Origin: a virus
Length of the DNA stretch: 64,000 bases
IMG/VR virus record: IMGVR_UViG_3300024999_000038
Coordinates: 32,001-96,000 of that record
Direction: 5' to 3' (one strand)
This document shows positions 45,690 to 57,509 of this stretch, one piece after another. The position numbers and the translations under genes are program-made. Every line of letters starts with the position of its first letter. Position 1 is the first letter of the stretch. The notes under the pieces were generated by a model. That model did no database searches, was not told the origin of the DNA, and worked only from the letters and a program-made list of their open reading frames with translations.

Positions 45690-48600
45690 ATATGAAAATC
45701 ACAACAACTTTAGAAGTATCCAAAGAAGAGAAAAATCTAATTCATTCTGCCCTAACAACATATGTTGAACATCTCACCAAAATGCTCTCAGACAGTCCAG
45801 AAAGTGGTTGTAAGACGTTTATTAATACTACCCTAACAAACGCCAATCGTCTATTATCTGAGATGGAATTAAGCTTATAAAGGAGAATAAACGAAATGTC
45901 TGAAACAGAATTATTAATTCAAGAAACAATAATATATCTGTTAGAAATTAGAAAAGATTATTCTAAAAGTGTATCAATGGATGATATTGGGAAAGTAAGG
46001 ACTATAACTAATGCTGTAGAATTATTACATCAGTATTTAGGATTGATGCAATAAAGGAAAGGAGATTAAAAATGAAAAACAATAAATTGACAAAAGAAAT
46101 AAAAGAATTCTTTTCAGAAAAAGGAATCGATAATACACAAGAAAAATTAATTATGTGGTATGGATTTGCAGAATTGCAAATTAAGGAAGATACTTATTGG
46201 AGTCCTTGCGAAAACTGCGATAATCCAAGTTGTAGTAAAACAGAAGATTTTCCAATATGGTTTTGTGCGGATCAGAGATAAGAAAGGAGATTACATAAAT
46301 GTTTTTTTATTTAACTAAACAAAAAGCAGAAGTCAAGAAGGAAAAAATTATTAAAAGAGATGTCAAGAAATTTAAGAAATTATGTTTTAAAGAGTTCAAG
46401 TACAATGTAAGTATGGGCAAAGGTGTTACATTTGTAGATTTTTGTTCAAATGTAAATCATGATTTTCAACATGAGATAGCAAAAATTGTACTAGAAGAAT
46501 TAAAACAAGAACATAAAAACATAGATTTTTCATTTTGTTTCAGACATTGTGAAAATAGTTATCAAGGGATTAAAATGGTGGCATTATGATGTCAAACACA
46601 TGTATTTCTTGTAGATTTTACTCGCCATGTTCTATTGTAGGTAAATTGTGTGATATCTTAAACGGTTATTATCATTATTATGAAGAAAATCCAATAGCAA
46701 AAGATTGGAACAACGGGCATTGGGATGATGATAGTGGAGATTAATCTAATTAAAGGTATTCTTATCCAACTTGTCGAATATATCACTTATATAAATTAAA
46801 ATTAGTAGAATTAGCAGGTGATAAAATGAATTATCAAGTACCAAAATGTAATAAATGTCAACACCATAAACATAATTCATTTCTCAGAGGATCACATTAT
46901 TGTACATTTTCAGCAATTAACAAAGATGAGATAAATGAGTGGATAAGAGTCTATGGTAGAGATATGAAGACGAGTCCTAAATGGTGTCCGATAAGAAAGG
47001 AGAAGGAATTATGATTAAAAATTTTAAATTTTTACAAAGAGAAAAATATTCGGAAGACATAGATATTTTATGGTTTTCAATTGGTAAATTTAATTTTAGA
47101 TGGTTTACAGATTATGGATGGTGGTTTATTTATATTGAATTGGAAGATGATAAAAATATAAAAGGATATAGATTTAGTAGTGCAGGTAATATGAAGATTG
47201 ATAATAAGAAAGGATGAATAAAATGATAATAGAACAAGAATTTAAAATAGACAATAGAGTAGTACATTATGCTTATGGAGAAGGGACTATATTAGGCAAT
47301 TATCACAAAAGATTAGACGGTAAATATTATTGGCATATTCAATATGATAATGGCACATTTGGTTATAATCAAGAAATAAGTCTACATTTGATAGATTAAA
47401 TTAATTCTTAAAAGGAGAATAAAAATAAGATGCAAAGAGATTTAACATTGGAAGAACTAATATTACTTAATAAATCCAAAGTAAAAATGCTTGAAGATAA
47501 ATATAATATTCAAATTAATGTCCAAACACACAGTATTGGGATGGGCGATAAAGGGTATGATTATGGTATTTATAATCCACAGAATGGTAAATCGTGGTCG
47601 AGTGATATAGATGGTGAGCGTTTAGAGATTGATGTTTTATGGGTAGTTTATTAAACTCTATAAATACACTTTGAAAGGAGATATAAATATGAGAGATTTT
47701 ACTAAAGAAGAATCTAAAAGATATGAGGAAGTGTTGAACAAATTATACAAACCTACAGGAAGAAATTTCTTTGATGATATTAGCGAGAATGAAAAACCAA
47801 TAAATATTTACATAGTAATCCGAAGACAGTCAACTTATAATTTTGGTACAGACGAAAGAATTTTAAAATCTTTTACAAGTGAAGAATCTGCACAACAATT
47901 TATTAATAAGGATTGTATTTCAACATCAGAAAATGTATGGTTTTCAATTGAAGAGTGCGAATTAGTTTCCTAGAAATTTCCACTTTCAACGTAATTTAAA
48001 AATTATAATGGAGGATGAAAATATATGAATGCAATACAAACTGCAAAAGCGATTATAAGGATAATAGATGATATAGAGGCAAATGCAATCGAAAGTGAAT
48101 GGGATGAATTAAACGAACTAAGTCAAGGTGATGATATGAGTTTACAAGTAGTTGCAGATAAACTTGTTAAACTAAATCAAAGAGTAAATGAAAGAATAAA
48201 AACAGAACGTTATAGGATATCTATAGTTGATCATGAACAAACTACAATTGATTTCGCATTTAATCAAGATACAACAATGAAAGAGTTTATTTCAGAGTTA
48301 GAGAAAACCGCACATTGTGATATATCAGACATAAAAATACGTTATATATGCAGGGAATAAACCCACCAAAAGACATCTTTGAATGGATTTTTGAAAATAA
48401 TTAGAAAGAAGGGTGTTTATGAACAATTTAAAAATTAAAGCATTTATTAAACCAAAATTTGATAAACATAATAGTTTTGATTATGGTGGATTTGATGTGG
48501 GTGAAGGGACTCCGTACAAGATTGTATCTATTAATTTTAATAGACGATCCATTACAGTTCATGAACCTAAATGGATTGATTGTATGGCATTTTCAATTAA

Positions 48601-49282
48601 TATTGAACAAGGAAGAACTGCGTCTGGATTTTGTGGATACACAACTAATGATTATTCATTTGATGATATCGAAATACAGTCAATAGATATTGATAGCAAT
48701 ATATTATCTGAAAGTGAAATGAAAAGTATGAGAGATATTGCGGAAAATGAAATTAGGTTAATGAATGAATATTGAGCATTTAAAACACAACACTTATTGG
48801 AAAGGAGAAAAAGAATAGTGAGTAATGGAGATAGAGAATGTCCAAATTGTAATGAATTTAGTTTATATGAACTTGGTTTGAACATATGGAAATGTGACTT
48901 ATGTGGTAGTGAATTTAATGATAAATGGTTAGATGAAGATATAGAAGAATAAAAAGGAGTGTAAATAAATGAATAGCCTAAAAATGAACATAGGCGGTAT
49001 AAAATGTGACAACAAGGAATGCAACTTCAATGATATGACAGTCTTATTTGAGGATTATGACAAATGGTTAAATAAACCATGCCCCAAGTGTGGAAGTAAT
49101 CTATTAACTCAAAAAGACTATGATACAGTTAAAATGTTAATGGATATTACTGGAATTATAAACGAGTGTATTCCAGATGCTATTGAAGATGGACAATCAT
49201 ACAAAATGTCAGCAGATTTTAATGGAACAGGAAAAGTGGTTTTCTCTGAAATTGAACCAATAGAGAAAGAAGGAATTAGATA

Positions 49283-49693
49283 ATGAAATACTGGGAACAC
49301 ACTATTGACAATAATTTATCATTTGAAAATGTTAAACGTCAAATCAAGGAATATTATCCTTACTATGCTACAAGACCTTGTTGGGATGGAGTTCATTTTT
49401 ACAGTAAACAAGGGCAGTATTGTATATTACTTAAAGATGGAACTGTTATGATTGATGCTTTGGATAAAGTATACTCAAAAGATGAAAATGATTGGATGAT
49501 AGTAATAATTACAGATGAAGCAGTTAAGATATTGGAAGATAATAATTTATTGGAATATATTCATAGATATGATTATCATGGATTAAAAATATGTCCTTAT
49601 AATAAGGAATGTTGCCCTCTTAAATTAGATTGGAATTGGTGCGTAGAAGATTGCGATACTTGTGAAAGAAAGTTGGAGAGGAGGAATAATTAA
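49283..49693 (+). CDS. Hypothetical protein, weak DUF2829/Tad2-like resemblance
   Basis: SFENV...ATRPCWDG...NDWMIV. Confidence 0.3.
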   Translation: MKYWEHTIDNNLSFENVKRQIKEYYPYYATRPCWDGVHFYSKQGQYCILLKDGTVMIDALDKVYSKDENDWMIVIITDEAVKILEDNNLLEYIHRYDYHGLKICPYNKECCPLKLDWNWCVEDCDTCERKLERRNN

Positions 49694-50628
49694 TGTATAG
49701 TTCATCTTTAGATTTTTGGTATAAAAAGAGATTTGAACACATAAGCAAGAAGTTGAATAAGGAAGTTGATAGAGAGCATGATTTAATACTTAGAAAAAGT
49801 TATACTAAAAAGAATTAGTATTTGGTATGAAAATATTTTTACTTTTTGGTGTAGAACTTGGCATTTGGATCGGATATTTAATTTGGGCATAAAATTACAT
49901 GAATTAGTTACTAAAAGAAATATGGGAGGAATAAATAATGAAACAATTTGAGAAATGTTCAATATTAAAAGAAAAAAATAGTCATTATTCAAATTCATCA
50001 AATAAACTTCGTGATATTTTTTCATTTGGTGAAATGAATCGTACAGATGGTAAATATGCACATGGAGAAATAATGCCAATGACCGAAGAAGATAAAGCAA
50101 GAGATAGAGAAGAGATTAGGGCATATATGAGTAATGAAAACTATAAAGAAGTAATATTTAAGCTAAATGAATTAATAAGACATTTGCTAATAGATTCTGG
50201 CGATGTTAAAGGAGAGAATTTGAAATATTGGATTGATTACTGGGATAGGATTGAATCTGAAAACCAAGATATTATTGATGAAATATATAATGTTTAGCAA
50301 ATCAAATCGTTCTTTTATCGGATAGAAGAAAGGAGATTAATATTATGCTTGATAAAGAAAGTCATATGAAAATTTGTAATTTATTTAATGAAGTATTGAA
50401 GGATTTGGAAAAAGAATACAGAAGTGCTAATTTTGAATATGGAAATTTTAATGTAGTGAAAGGAAGAGAGATTACAGAACAAGAAAGACAATATATTCAT
50501 CAATATAGAGTTAAATTAAATCAATTGTTAAAAGAAATCTAAAGCATTTAAAAGCATTAAGCAAGCATTAATCTATTTGGTTTTGATAAATATGCTAACA
50601 AAAAATAATATTAAGGAGAGATAAAAAA

Positions 50629-51543
50629 TTGGCAAGAAATATACCATATGAAGAAAATCATCGAATTAATGAAAATGATGAATTACAAAAGAAATGTAAT
50701 ATCCATGAGGAATATTTTCACGGAGAAGATCCTTGGTTTCCTTGTACAGATGAATACTTCTATAAAGTTAAAAATAAACATGATGGTTTAGGTACTTGGT
50801 GTAAAAAATGTAGTAGTAAAAAGGCTATGAAATGGTCAGAAGAAAATCCTGATAAATTTACAGAATCTCAAGAAAAATACAAATTAAATCCAAATAGACC
50901 TGAGACTTTTAAAAGGCATAATGCAAAAATAAGGGCAGAAGGATATTTTGAAGAATATATTAAAAGACCTGAAGTTAAGGCTAGGAAATATCATGAGAAA
51001 CATAAAAATCATGATATAAGTGAAAAAGAATGGCTGGCTTGTAAAGACTATTTCAAAGATGAAGACAATGACTGGTGTTGTGCTTATTGTGGATTAAAGA
51101 TTCAAGACCATTGGATAAGAATTAGAGAAAAAGTATTAAGAAGTGATTTTCATAAAGAACATAAGGATGATAAAGGTTATAACGATATTAGAAATTGTAT
51201 ACCGTCTTGTCGAAATTGTAATAGTGATAAACGTATTATTGATTGGGAAAAATGGTACAGGAAACAATATTTCTTTTCTGAAGAAAGATATAATAAAATA
51301 ATAAAATGGACTAATGAAGACTATAAACTATACATAGAGGATAAGCCTCCTTATAGAATAGTAAAGAAAAAGAATAAATTTGATAATAAATTTCATCACG
51401 AATTATGGAGCGTAGACAAATACAGGAATATGATAGAATGTATACATACAGAAATTACGAAAAAAGACGTACAAGAATGGATAGAAGATAATCCAATTGA
51501 ACTTGTAATAAATAAAGAGGAGGATATAATTAATGAATTGTAA
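50629..51543 (+). CDS. HNH endonuclease (paralog of 21024-21926)
   Basis: DGLGTWCKKC; CAYCG...HKEHKDDKGYNDIRNCIPSCRNCNSDK. Confidence 0.85.
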   Translation: MARNIPYEENHRINENDELQKKCNIHEEYFHGEDPWFPCTDEYFYKVKNKHDGLGTWCKKCSSKKAMKWSEENPDKFTESQEKYKLNPNRPETFKRHNAKIRAEGYFEEYIKRPEVKARKYHEKHKNHDISEKEWLACKDYFKDEDNDWCCAYCGLKIQDHWIRIREKVLRSDFHKEHKDDKGYNDIRNCIPSCRNCNSDKRIIDWEKWYRKQYFFSEERYNKIIKWTNEDYKLYIEDKPPYRIVKKKNKFDNKFHHELWSVDKYRNMIECIHTEITKKDVQEWIEDNPIELVINKEEDIINEL

Positions 51544-52046
51544 ATATTGTAATTTAGAAATCACCAAAGAACAAAACAATTACTATAATGGATGTTGTGA
51601 TGGAGTTTGTGAAAATAGATATAAAAATGCACTTAAACAATTACAATGTAAATTATGTGGTTTAAAAATAACTGAAGAAGAATATCAATATTATATTGGA
51701 TTCTGTTCTAGCGGCTGTGCAGGTGAGTATGATGAATTGCGTAGGGAAAGAGAAAGGGATTAGAATTGTCATTCTAAAGGAGAAATATTCAAAATGAAAC
51801 TTTATGTTACTAAAGAAGAGGCAGACAGATTAGAAAAATTAATTCAAATAATCAATAATAAATTTACTACAATAGTATCTAGGGAAATAGCTAAAACTCA
51901 ATATGAATCAACAATAAGATTTATCAAAGGCAATCGTGGTTATGAGAGATAAAGAATTAATAAATAAAATATGTTGACCTTAATATAAGCAGTGTGGTAT
52001 ACTAAGACGATAAAGAAATTTATGTTTGAGAGGAAGTGAAAATAAA

Positions 52047-52263
52047 ATGATTAATAAATGTTTCAATTGTGGTGAAGAAATTGATGATTAACTTGATATA
52101 TATGCTGTTTTGGTTGGAATAAGTGGCAGTATTAATTTTTGCGAATTATGTGGAAAAAACTTATAATATTCCAAATTGGTATAATAAGAAAACAAAACCA
52201 TATAAACATTCTGGCAAAATTAGAATAGATTTTATGGATTATGATCGTAATTATGATGAATAG
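52047..52263 (+). pseudogene. Disrupted zinc-finger gene
   Basis: MINKCFNCGEEIDD* (TAA 52089) LDIYAV...CELCGK, then frameshift; own promoter TTGACC/TATACT at ~51974. Confidence 0.55.
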
Positions 52264-52714
52264 GAGGTGAATACCCCATGAGCGAACCATTATACGAGTG
52301 TCCAAAATGTCACACTTATCACAATACAAAAGAATGGAATGATTATAATAGATTAGGTATTGAACTTCGTGCAACAATTAAATTACCAGAAGCAATAGAT
52401 AGAAAAGCAAATTTAATTTGTCCAACTTGTTACAGAAGAGTTTGTTGTGGAGATATGTGTGAAATAATTTAAGGAGTAAAATTATGAATAAAACAAAATG
52501 TTTAAATACATTAGCTTGGTTCATTTGGAAATCACAAGAAGACAATTGGAGTCTTGAATATGACAAGAAAATTGATTCTAAAATATTTGGGATTATTGAC
52601 AATGATGAATATGATGGATGGAAATTCGTTCCAGTTTTACATATGGGATCTTATGTTTATGATGTTAAAATTAAAGGTTAGAAGGATGAATAAGTAGGAG
52701 TAAGGTGAGAAAAC

Positions 52715-53128
52715 ATGTCAAAAATTAAACATAGTTGGATAGATGATCTAGAATGCGGAGATATAATCCAAAGACATGAAACAGGTGTAACTTATTCATT
52801 TGTTGGAATAAATGAAGATGGTGAATATATGTTATATGGTATGCCTTATGGACATAGCAGAGAAGTATTTGAAACATTTGTATTAGTTAAAAAGAAAAAT
52901 GAGATTAAGATTAATGAACATCCTAAAATAAAAAATCATAATATTAGTAAAGAATTAGGATACACATCCCTTGAGCAATTTGAATATGAATACAATGGTA
53001 TTATTGAATTTAAATTATCATCTACAGAAGATATACATTCACTAATTGGTAGACTTATACATGAGAAATGGAAATTTGCTGTAGATGATTATACTTCAAC
53101 AACATTAAAAGTAAAATTTAATAAATAA
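52715..53128 (+). CDS. Hypothetical protein (N-terminal domain paralogous to 58181-58378)
   Basis: WI.DLE.GD.I.....G..Y.F.G.N..G.YML.GMP.G..RE..ETF.L..KKN. Confidence 0.8.
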   Translation: MSKIKHSWIDDLECGDIIQRHETGVTYSFVGINEDGEYMLYGMPYGHSREVFETFVLVKKKNEIKINEHPKIKNHNISKELGYTSLEQFEYEYNGIIEFKLSSTEDIHSLIGRLIHEKWKFAVDDYTSTTLKVKFNK

Positions 53129-53213
53129 TTGTAGGATGAATTTAAGGATGTGATGATATATATGATTGTGATAAATAAATTTTAGCAATTATGAAAGGAT
53201 GATTAAACAAATA

Positions 53214-53435
53214 ATGAATAAACAAACAAATAATTATCCAAAAGACTATTGCATAATGTCTTTACAATTAGCTCAGATATTGATGAATAAAGGTTATGAA
53301 TTACATAATACTGCACCAAATAAAAAATTTCCTAATCTAAATGTTTATTATTTTTATTACAATGATTTAATTGAACAAGAAGTAAAATTATATGAACAAA
53401 ATAATAAAAGAAATAAATTTAACAAACAATTTTAA
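53214..53435 (+). CDS. DUF5659-like small protein
   Basis: SLQLAQILMNKGYEL....PN.......VYYF; start 53199 or 53214. Confidence 0.6.
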   Translation: MNKQTNNYPKDYCIMSLQLAQILMNKGYELHNTAPNKKFPNLNVYYFYYNDLIEQEVKLYEQNNKRNKFNKQF

Positions 53436-53501
53436 ATTTATTTTTCGGTAGGGAGGATATTAGTTACTCTTATTAAGAATTAGTCTCTCTTATTACACCT
53501 T

Positions 53502-53577
53502 ATTAGGCGTACTGAATTTGACACGGGTAAACTTAGGTATACCTTAGATTAGGCGTACTAGATTTAGTACGGGTAAA
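53502..53577. repeat. Iteron-like 30-bp direct repeats
   Basis: ATTAGGCGTACT-N9-ACGGGTAAA at 53502-53531 and 53548-53577. Confidence 0.85.
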
Positions 53578-53625
53578 ATTTTACCTTATTTATAAAACAA
53601 ATTTAGCAAAGGACAGTGAATTAAC

Positions 53626-55056
53626 ATTAAACAAATAAACAAACAACAAGATAGAGAATTTTCTAAGATCCCAAACAAACTTTTCTATACTAAAGATGAA
53701 GGAAAGAAAAGTATTTTAGAAAAAGCAGAGTTCAATGAAAAAGCATTATGCATTTTAGATTATCTATATATGGGAACTGACAGAAGAGGTATAATTAGAT
53801 TTACAATTGAAAATATGATAAAACAATGTAGATTTAAAATAAGAACTGGAGAAAAAGAATCTGCATCTCAATTTAAAAAGATATTACATATATTACAAAG
53901 ACAATCAATAATACAAATTCTATCGGACGATGAAAATTTAACATGTAGTCCACTGATAGAAAATTATAAATTAAAAGATTTAATTATGTGTTCTTTGATG
54001 ATAGATTTAACCGAACAATTTGTTTTGTTAGATGCAAAAGAGAAAGATAAAATATATGAATATGATGAAGAGAAAATAAATCATTTAAGACTTTTATTAT
54101 ATTATTGCTACTTGAAATGTAGAATACATAAGCGTACAAAAGGTGATGAGTTAGTTAAGTCAGGAGGTAGAGCTGAAGTAGCATATCCAACATTTGAAAG
54201 AATTAATAAAGATTTAGGTCTTACAGATGATACAATTGATAAATATAATAAAATTCTAGTTACTTTAGACATGATAAGATATAGGTCAGCAGGTACTTGG
54301 TATTATAAAACAGATCCTAATAAAATAGTAAGAGAAAGTGTTAATTTTTATACTCTATTTACTGACGAAGAAGATTCACAACATAATTTAAATGAAGGAA
54401 TAAAATTCTTTAAGAAATTAGAAATAAATTCTAATAAGATTTTCACAGGGAAGAAGGATTATAAAAATAATAATAAAGTATTAAACGGTGAGCTTGGGTC
54501 TATTATAAAGAAAGAGAAGAAAGGTACTGCTACAGAAAAAGATATAAACAGAAAGAATGAGATATTGTACTCAATTAATGCCAATGAAGAACAATATGCT
54601 ATTCAAAGTTTGTTAGAATCTAATCTAGGTAAATTGCTTTCAGAAATTTACGAGGGATTTAATAGCGATAAGAAAGCAGAAAAATATTATGAGTTAGAAG
54701 AAAAATTAGGACTTCTTGATACTGGTGATAATGATAGTGGGGTTGACTTTGAGTATTATAAATGGGTAATGATTAACTATGAAAAAGATGAGCATGATTA
54801 TTATGTAAGTTGTGTGAATAAACGAAAAAGAGAAATGTATAGTCTTGAAGATATAATAAATTTCTCAGAACAAAAACAAAAAGGATTACATATTAATGGA
54901 GTGCCTTTGAAGAAGAGTAAAGATAATAATAAAGAAAAAGTAATAGAACAAGATGATAGTGATATTATAGAAGAATTAGGATTATGGGAAGACATAGACT
55001 CATTGAAAGAAGAAAATAAAAGATTTAATGATGATTGGTATTCAGAAGAAGAGTAA
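53626..55056 (+). CDS. Replication-initiator-like / winged-helix DNA-binding protein, probable ATT start
   Basis: Frame open from 53620 with EFSKIPNKLF before ATG 53770; internal LLYYCYLK...AYPTFERINKDLGLTDDTIDKYNKILV HTH-like segment. Confidence 0.55.
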   Translation: MKQINKQQDREFSKIPNKLFYTKDEGKKSILEKAEFNEKALCILDYLYMGTDRRGIIRFTIENMIKQCRFKIRTGEKESASQFKKILHILQRQSIIQILSDDENLTCSPLIENYKLKDLIMCSLMIDLTEQFVLLDAKEKDKIYEYDEEKINHLRLLLYYCYLKCRIHKRTKGDELVKSGGRAEVAYPTFERINKDLGLTDDTIDKYNKILVTLDMIRYRSAGTWYYKTDPNKIVRESVNFYTLFTDEEDSQHNLNEGIKFFKKLEINSNKIFTGKKDYKNNNKVLNGELGSIIKKEKKGTATEKDINRKNEILYSINANEEQYAIQSLLESNLGKLLSEIYEGFNSDKKAEKYYELEEKLGLLDTGDNDSGVDFEYYKWVMINYEKDEHDYYVSCVNKRKREMYSLEDIINFSEQKQKGLHINGVPLKKSKDNNKEKVIEQDDSDIIEELGLWEDIDSLKEENKRFNDDWYSEEE

Positions 55057-55757
55057 GTGAGAATAAGGGGCGGTTAATTCCGTCCCTATATTTAAAGGAG
55101 GTGATAAAAAATGAAAGAACGTATTACAATGAAGCAGTTAAAAGAGTTAACTATTGATCAATCAATCAAATTAAAAAGTTGGTGGCAACCAAGAAAGTAT
55201 GACGTTATTATGGTAAAAGATAAAACATTTACTTTTAATAAATTACACTTTAAGACAGATGTTATTTTCGAAGATAATTATGATACTCAAAAAGAATTTC
55301 GTATGCCATTATTGTCAATTGGTCAGATGCTAAATATTTTATATGATTATAAATATGATTTTATCAATACTCACAATCTAAATTGGTACGGACATAATGA
55401 AACAGTATTATGTAGTTTAGGATTCATTATTACTTCATATCCAGAGTATATTTGTGACGCTCTTTGGGAAACTGTAAAAAGTATTTTATAAATACCAATG
55501 AATGTTCTGTTTCGAAGTATTATAAAATAATTAAGGAGGTGATAAAAATGTTATATTGTCCTCACTGTGATGAATTCCATTTAGATAGTGAATTAACCAT
55601 TCTTGTAGAACTTGATTATGTAGAATGTTTTAAATCAAATAGAGAAATAAAAACATACAAATATATCAATTCTGAAAATGTGATTACTTGGAGAAAAGAA
55701 CATGATTTTACTGAACTGTAAAATAAAAAATAAGATAATAAAAGGAGAGATAAAATA

Positions 55758-56477
55758 ATGGAATTAAAATTTATTGGCACAGGTTCAGCGTTTAATACTA
55801 AATTAGGAAATACTTCAGCATATATCAAAGAAAATGGTTGTTTATTACTTCTTGATTGTGGTGAGTTGACTTTTGATAGGATTATAAATATGAATCTATT
55901 AAATGATGTTAATGAAGTACATATTGCTGTAACTCATTGTCATCCAGACCACATAGGGAGTTTAGGGAGTTTAATATTCTATTGTCATTTTATTAAGAAA
56001 ATTAAGCCGATATTTCACGCAGTTGATATTAAATCTATTGAATTATTAGAACTTATGGGAGTTACTTATGATCATTGCTATTTTTATAATTGTATGGTTG
56101 ATAAGTTTGCAGAAATTAAATCTCTTAATCTTCAATTGTTATTCGTTCCTACAAAGCACGTAAATAAAATGAATTCTTTTGGAATATTAATTGCTAATCT
56201 AATCACAAGAAAAACTATTTATTATAGCGGAGATAGTTGTGAGATACCAAAATCTATTTTGTATGGTTTAAAATGCGGAGAACTTCATTATTTGTATCAA
56301 GATACTTGCAAAGTAGATTATGATGGTAATGTTCATTTGTCCTTAAGGAAACTTACAGAACTTATTCCCGAAGAGTTAAGGAGTATGGTTTATTGTATGC
56401 ATTTGGACAGTGTATTTGATAGAAGTGAGGCAGAGGGACTAGGATTTAATGTTGTTGAGATTGAAGGAGGTGAATAA
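55758..56477 (+). CDS. MBL-fold metallo-hydrolase, Apyc1-like
   Basis: GTGSAF, LLDCG, THCHPDH, YSGD, VHLS...CMH. Confidence 0.75.
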   Translation: MELKFIGTGSAFNTKLGNTSAYIKENGCLLLLDCGELTFDRIINMNLLNDVNEVHIAVTHCHPDHIGSLGSLIFYCHFIKKIKPIFHAVDIKSIELLELMGVTYDHCYFYNCMVDKFAEIKSLNLQLLFVPTKHVNKMNSFGILIANLITRKTIYYSGDSCEIPKSILYGLKCGELHYLYQDTCKVDYDGNVHLSLRKLTELIPEELRSMVYCMHLDSVFDRSEAEGLGFNVVEIEGGE

Positions 56478-56478
56478 A

Positions 56479-57030
56479 ATGGATTTTAACAAAGAATTGC
56501 AAATACTTAAGCAAAAAGAGCAAGAATTAATTAATAAAGCAAAGGCTAAAGGTTATAAATTTATCAATAATCAATTCACCAAAGATGAATTTATTCCTGT
56601 GATAGAGATTTATGCATACGGAGAAACAACTTATGAATCTTATGGTAATTTTATGATATTTAAAAAGACTATACCTTTAACAAAAGAACAGCTTTTAGAA
56701 ATCAAAGGTATACAGCAAACCAAAGAAAATATAATCAATGATTTTATGTATAATGATGGATTCTTAACAAAATTAGATGGATTAGATAGTTTTTATGATA
56801 TATCAGAATGGCATGGTATGTTGGATTCAGAAAACATTGATGGAATAGTAGAAGATTTAGAGGAAGAATATTCAATGTTAGAGGATGGATGTAATTTATA
56901 TTTAGAATTTTTCTTTGAGATAGAAGAGGGATTAAGGGGCTATATTAGTGTTTATGATATGCCATTAGATAAATTAGGACAACAAGATAATATAGATTTA
57001 ACTTTGCATAAATATCTTACTCAAAATTGA
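56479..57030 (+). CDS. Acidic hypothetical protein
   Basis: GGAGGTG RBS before MDFNKEL. Confidence 0.8.
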   Translation: MDFNKELQILKQKEQELINKAKAKGYKFINNQFTKDEFIPVIEIYAYGETTYESYGNFMIFKKTIPLTKEQLLEIKGIQQTKENIINDFMYNDGFLTKLDGLDSFYDISEWHGMLDSENIDGIVEDLEEEYSMLEDGCNLYLEFFFEIEEGLRGYISVYDMPLDKLGQQDNIDLTLHKYLTQN

Positions 57031-57089
57031 TACCCTATGAAAGTCAATTTTCAACGGATAAAAAATAAATAATAAAAGGGGAATTATAA

Positions 57090-57509
57090 ATGAGAGAAAT
57101 TAGGTTTCGTGGTAAGTGTGTAGACGATAATGAATGGGCGTATGGAGATTATTATTCATCTGATGAAATGCCAATGAGGGGAGAAATAGGGCATTTTATT
57201 AAGTGTGGATTAAATGAAGAGTATAGAGTTATCCCTGAAACTATTGGTCAATATATTGAACTTCATGATAAAAACAAAAAGTGGATTTATGACGGCGACA
57301 TTCTAGAAAGAGAAGGTTATTGGTCTATAAGAATTGAGTATAAAGAAGGAACATTTTGGATTCGTGATTTAGATAAGGTGCGTTATAATAATAGGATACT
57401 AAATACACCTATAGCATTGTTTACAACTCTTAACGAATATGAAGTGATTGGTAATATTTTTGAGAATCCAGAGTTATTAGAAGAGGGAGATGAATTAAAT
57501 GAAAACTAA
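57090..57509 (+). CDS. YopX family protein
   Basis: MREIRFRGK...W.YG...IGQY..L.DKN...IY.GDIL...EVIGNIFENPELL. Confidence 0.92.
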   Translation: MREIRFRGKCVDDNEWAYGDYYSSDEMPMRGEIGHFIKCGLNEEYRVIPETIGQYIELHDKNKKWIYDGDILEREGYWSIRIEYKEGTFWIRDLDKVRYNNRILNTPIALFTTLNEYEVIGNIFENPELLEEGDELNEN

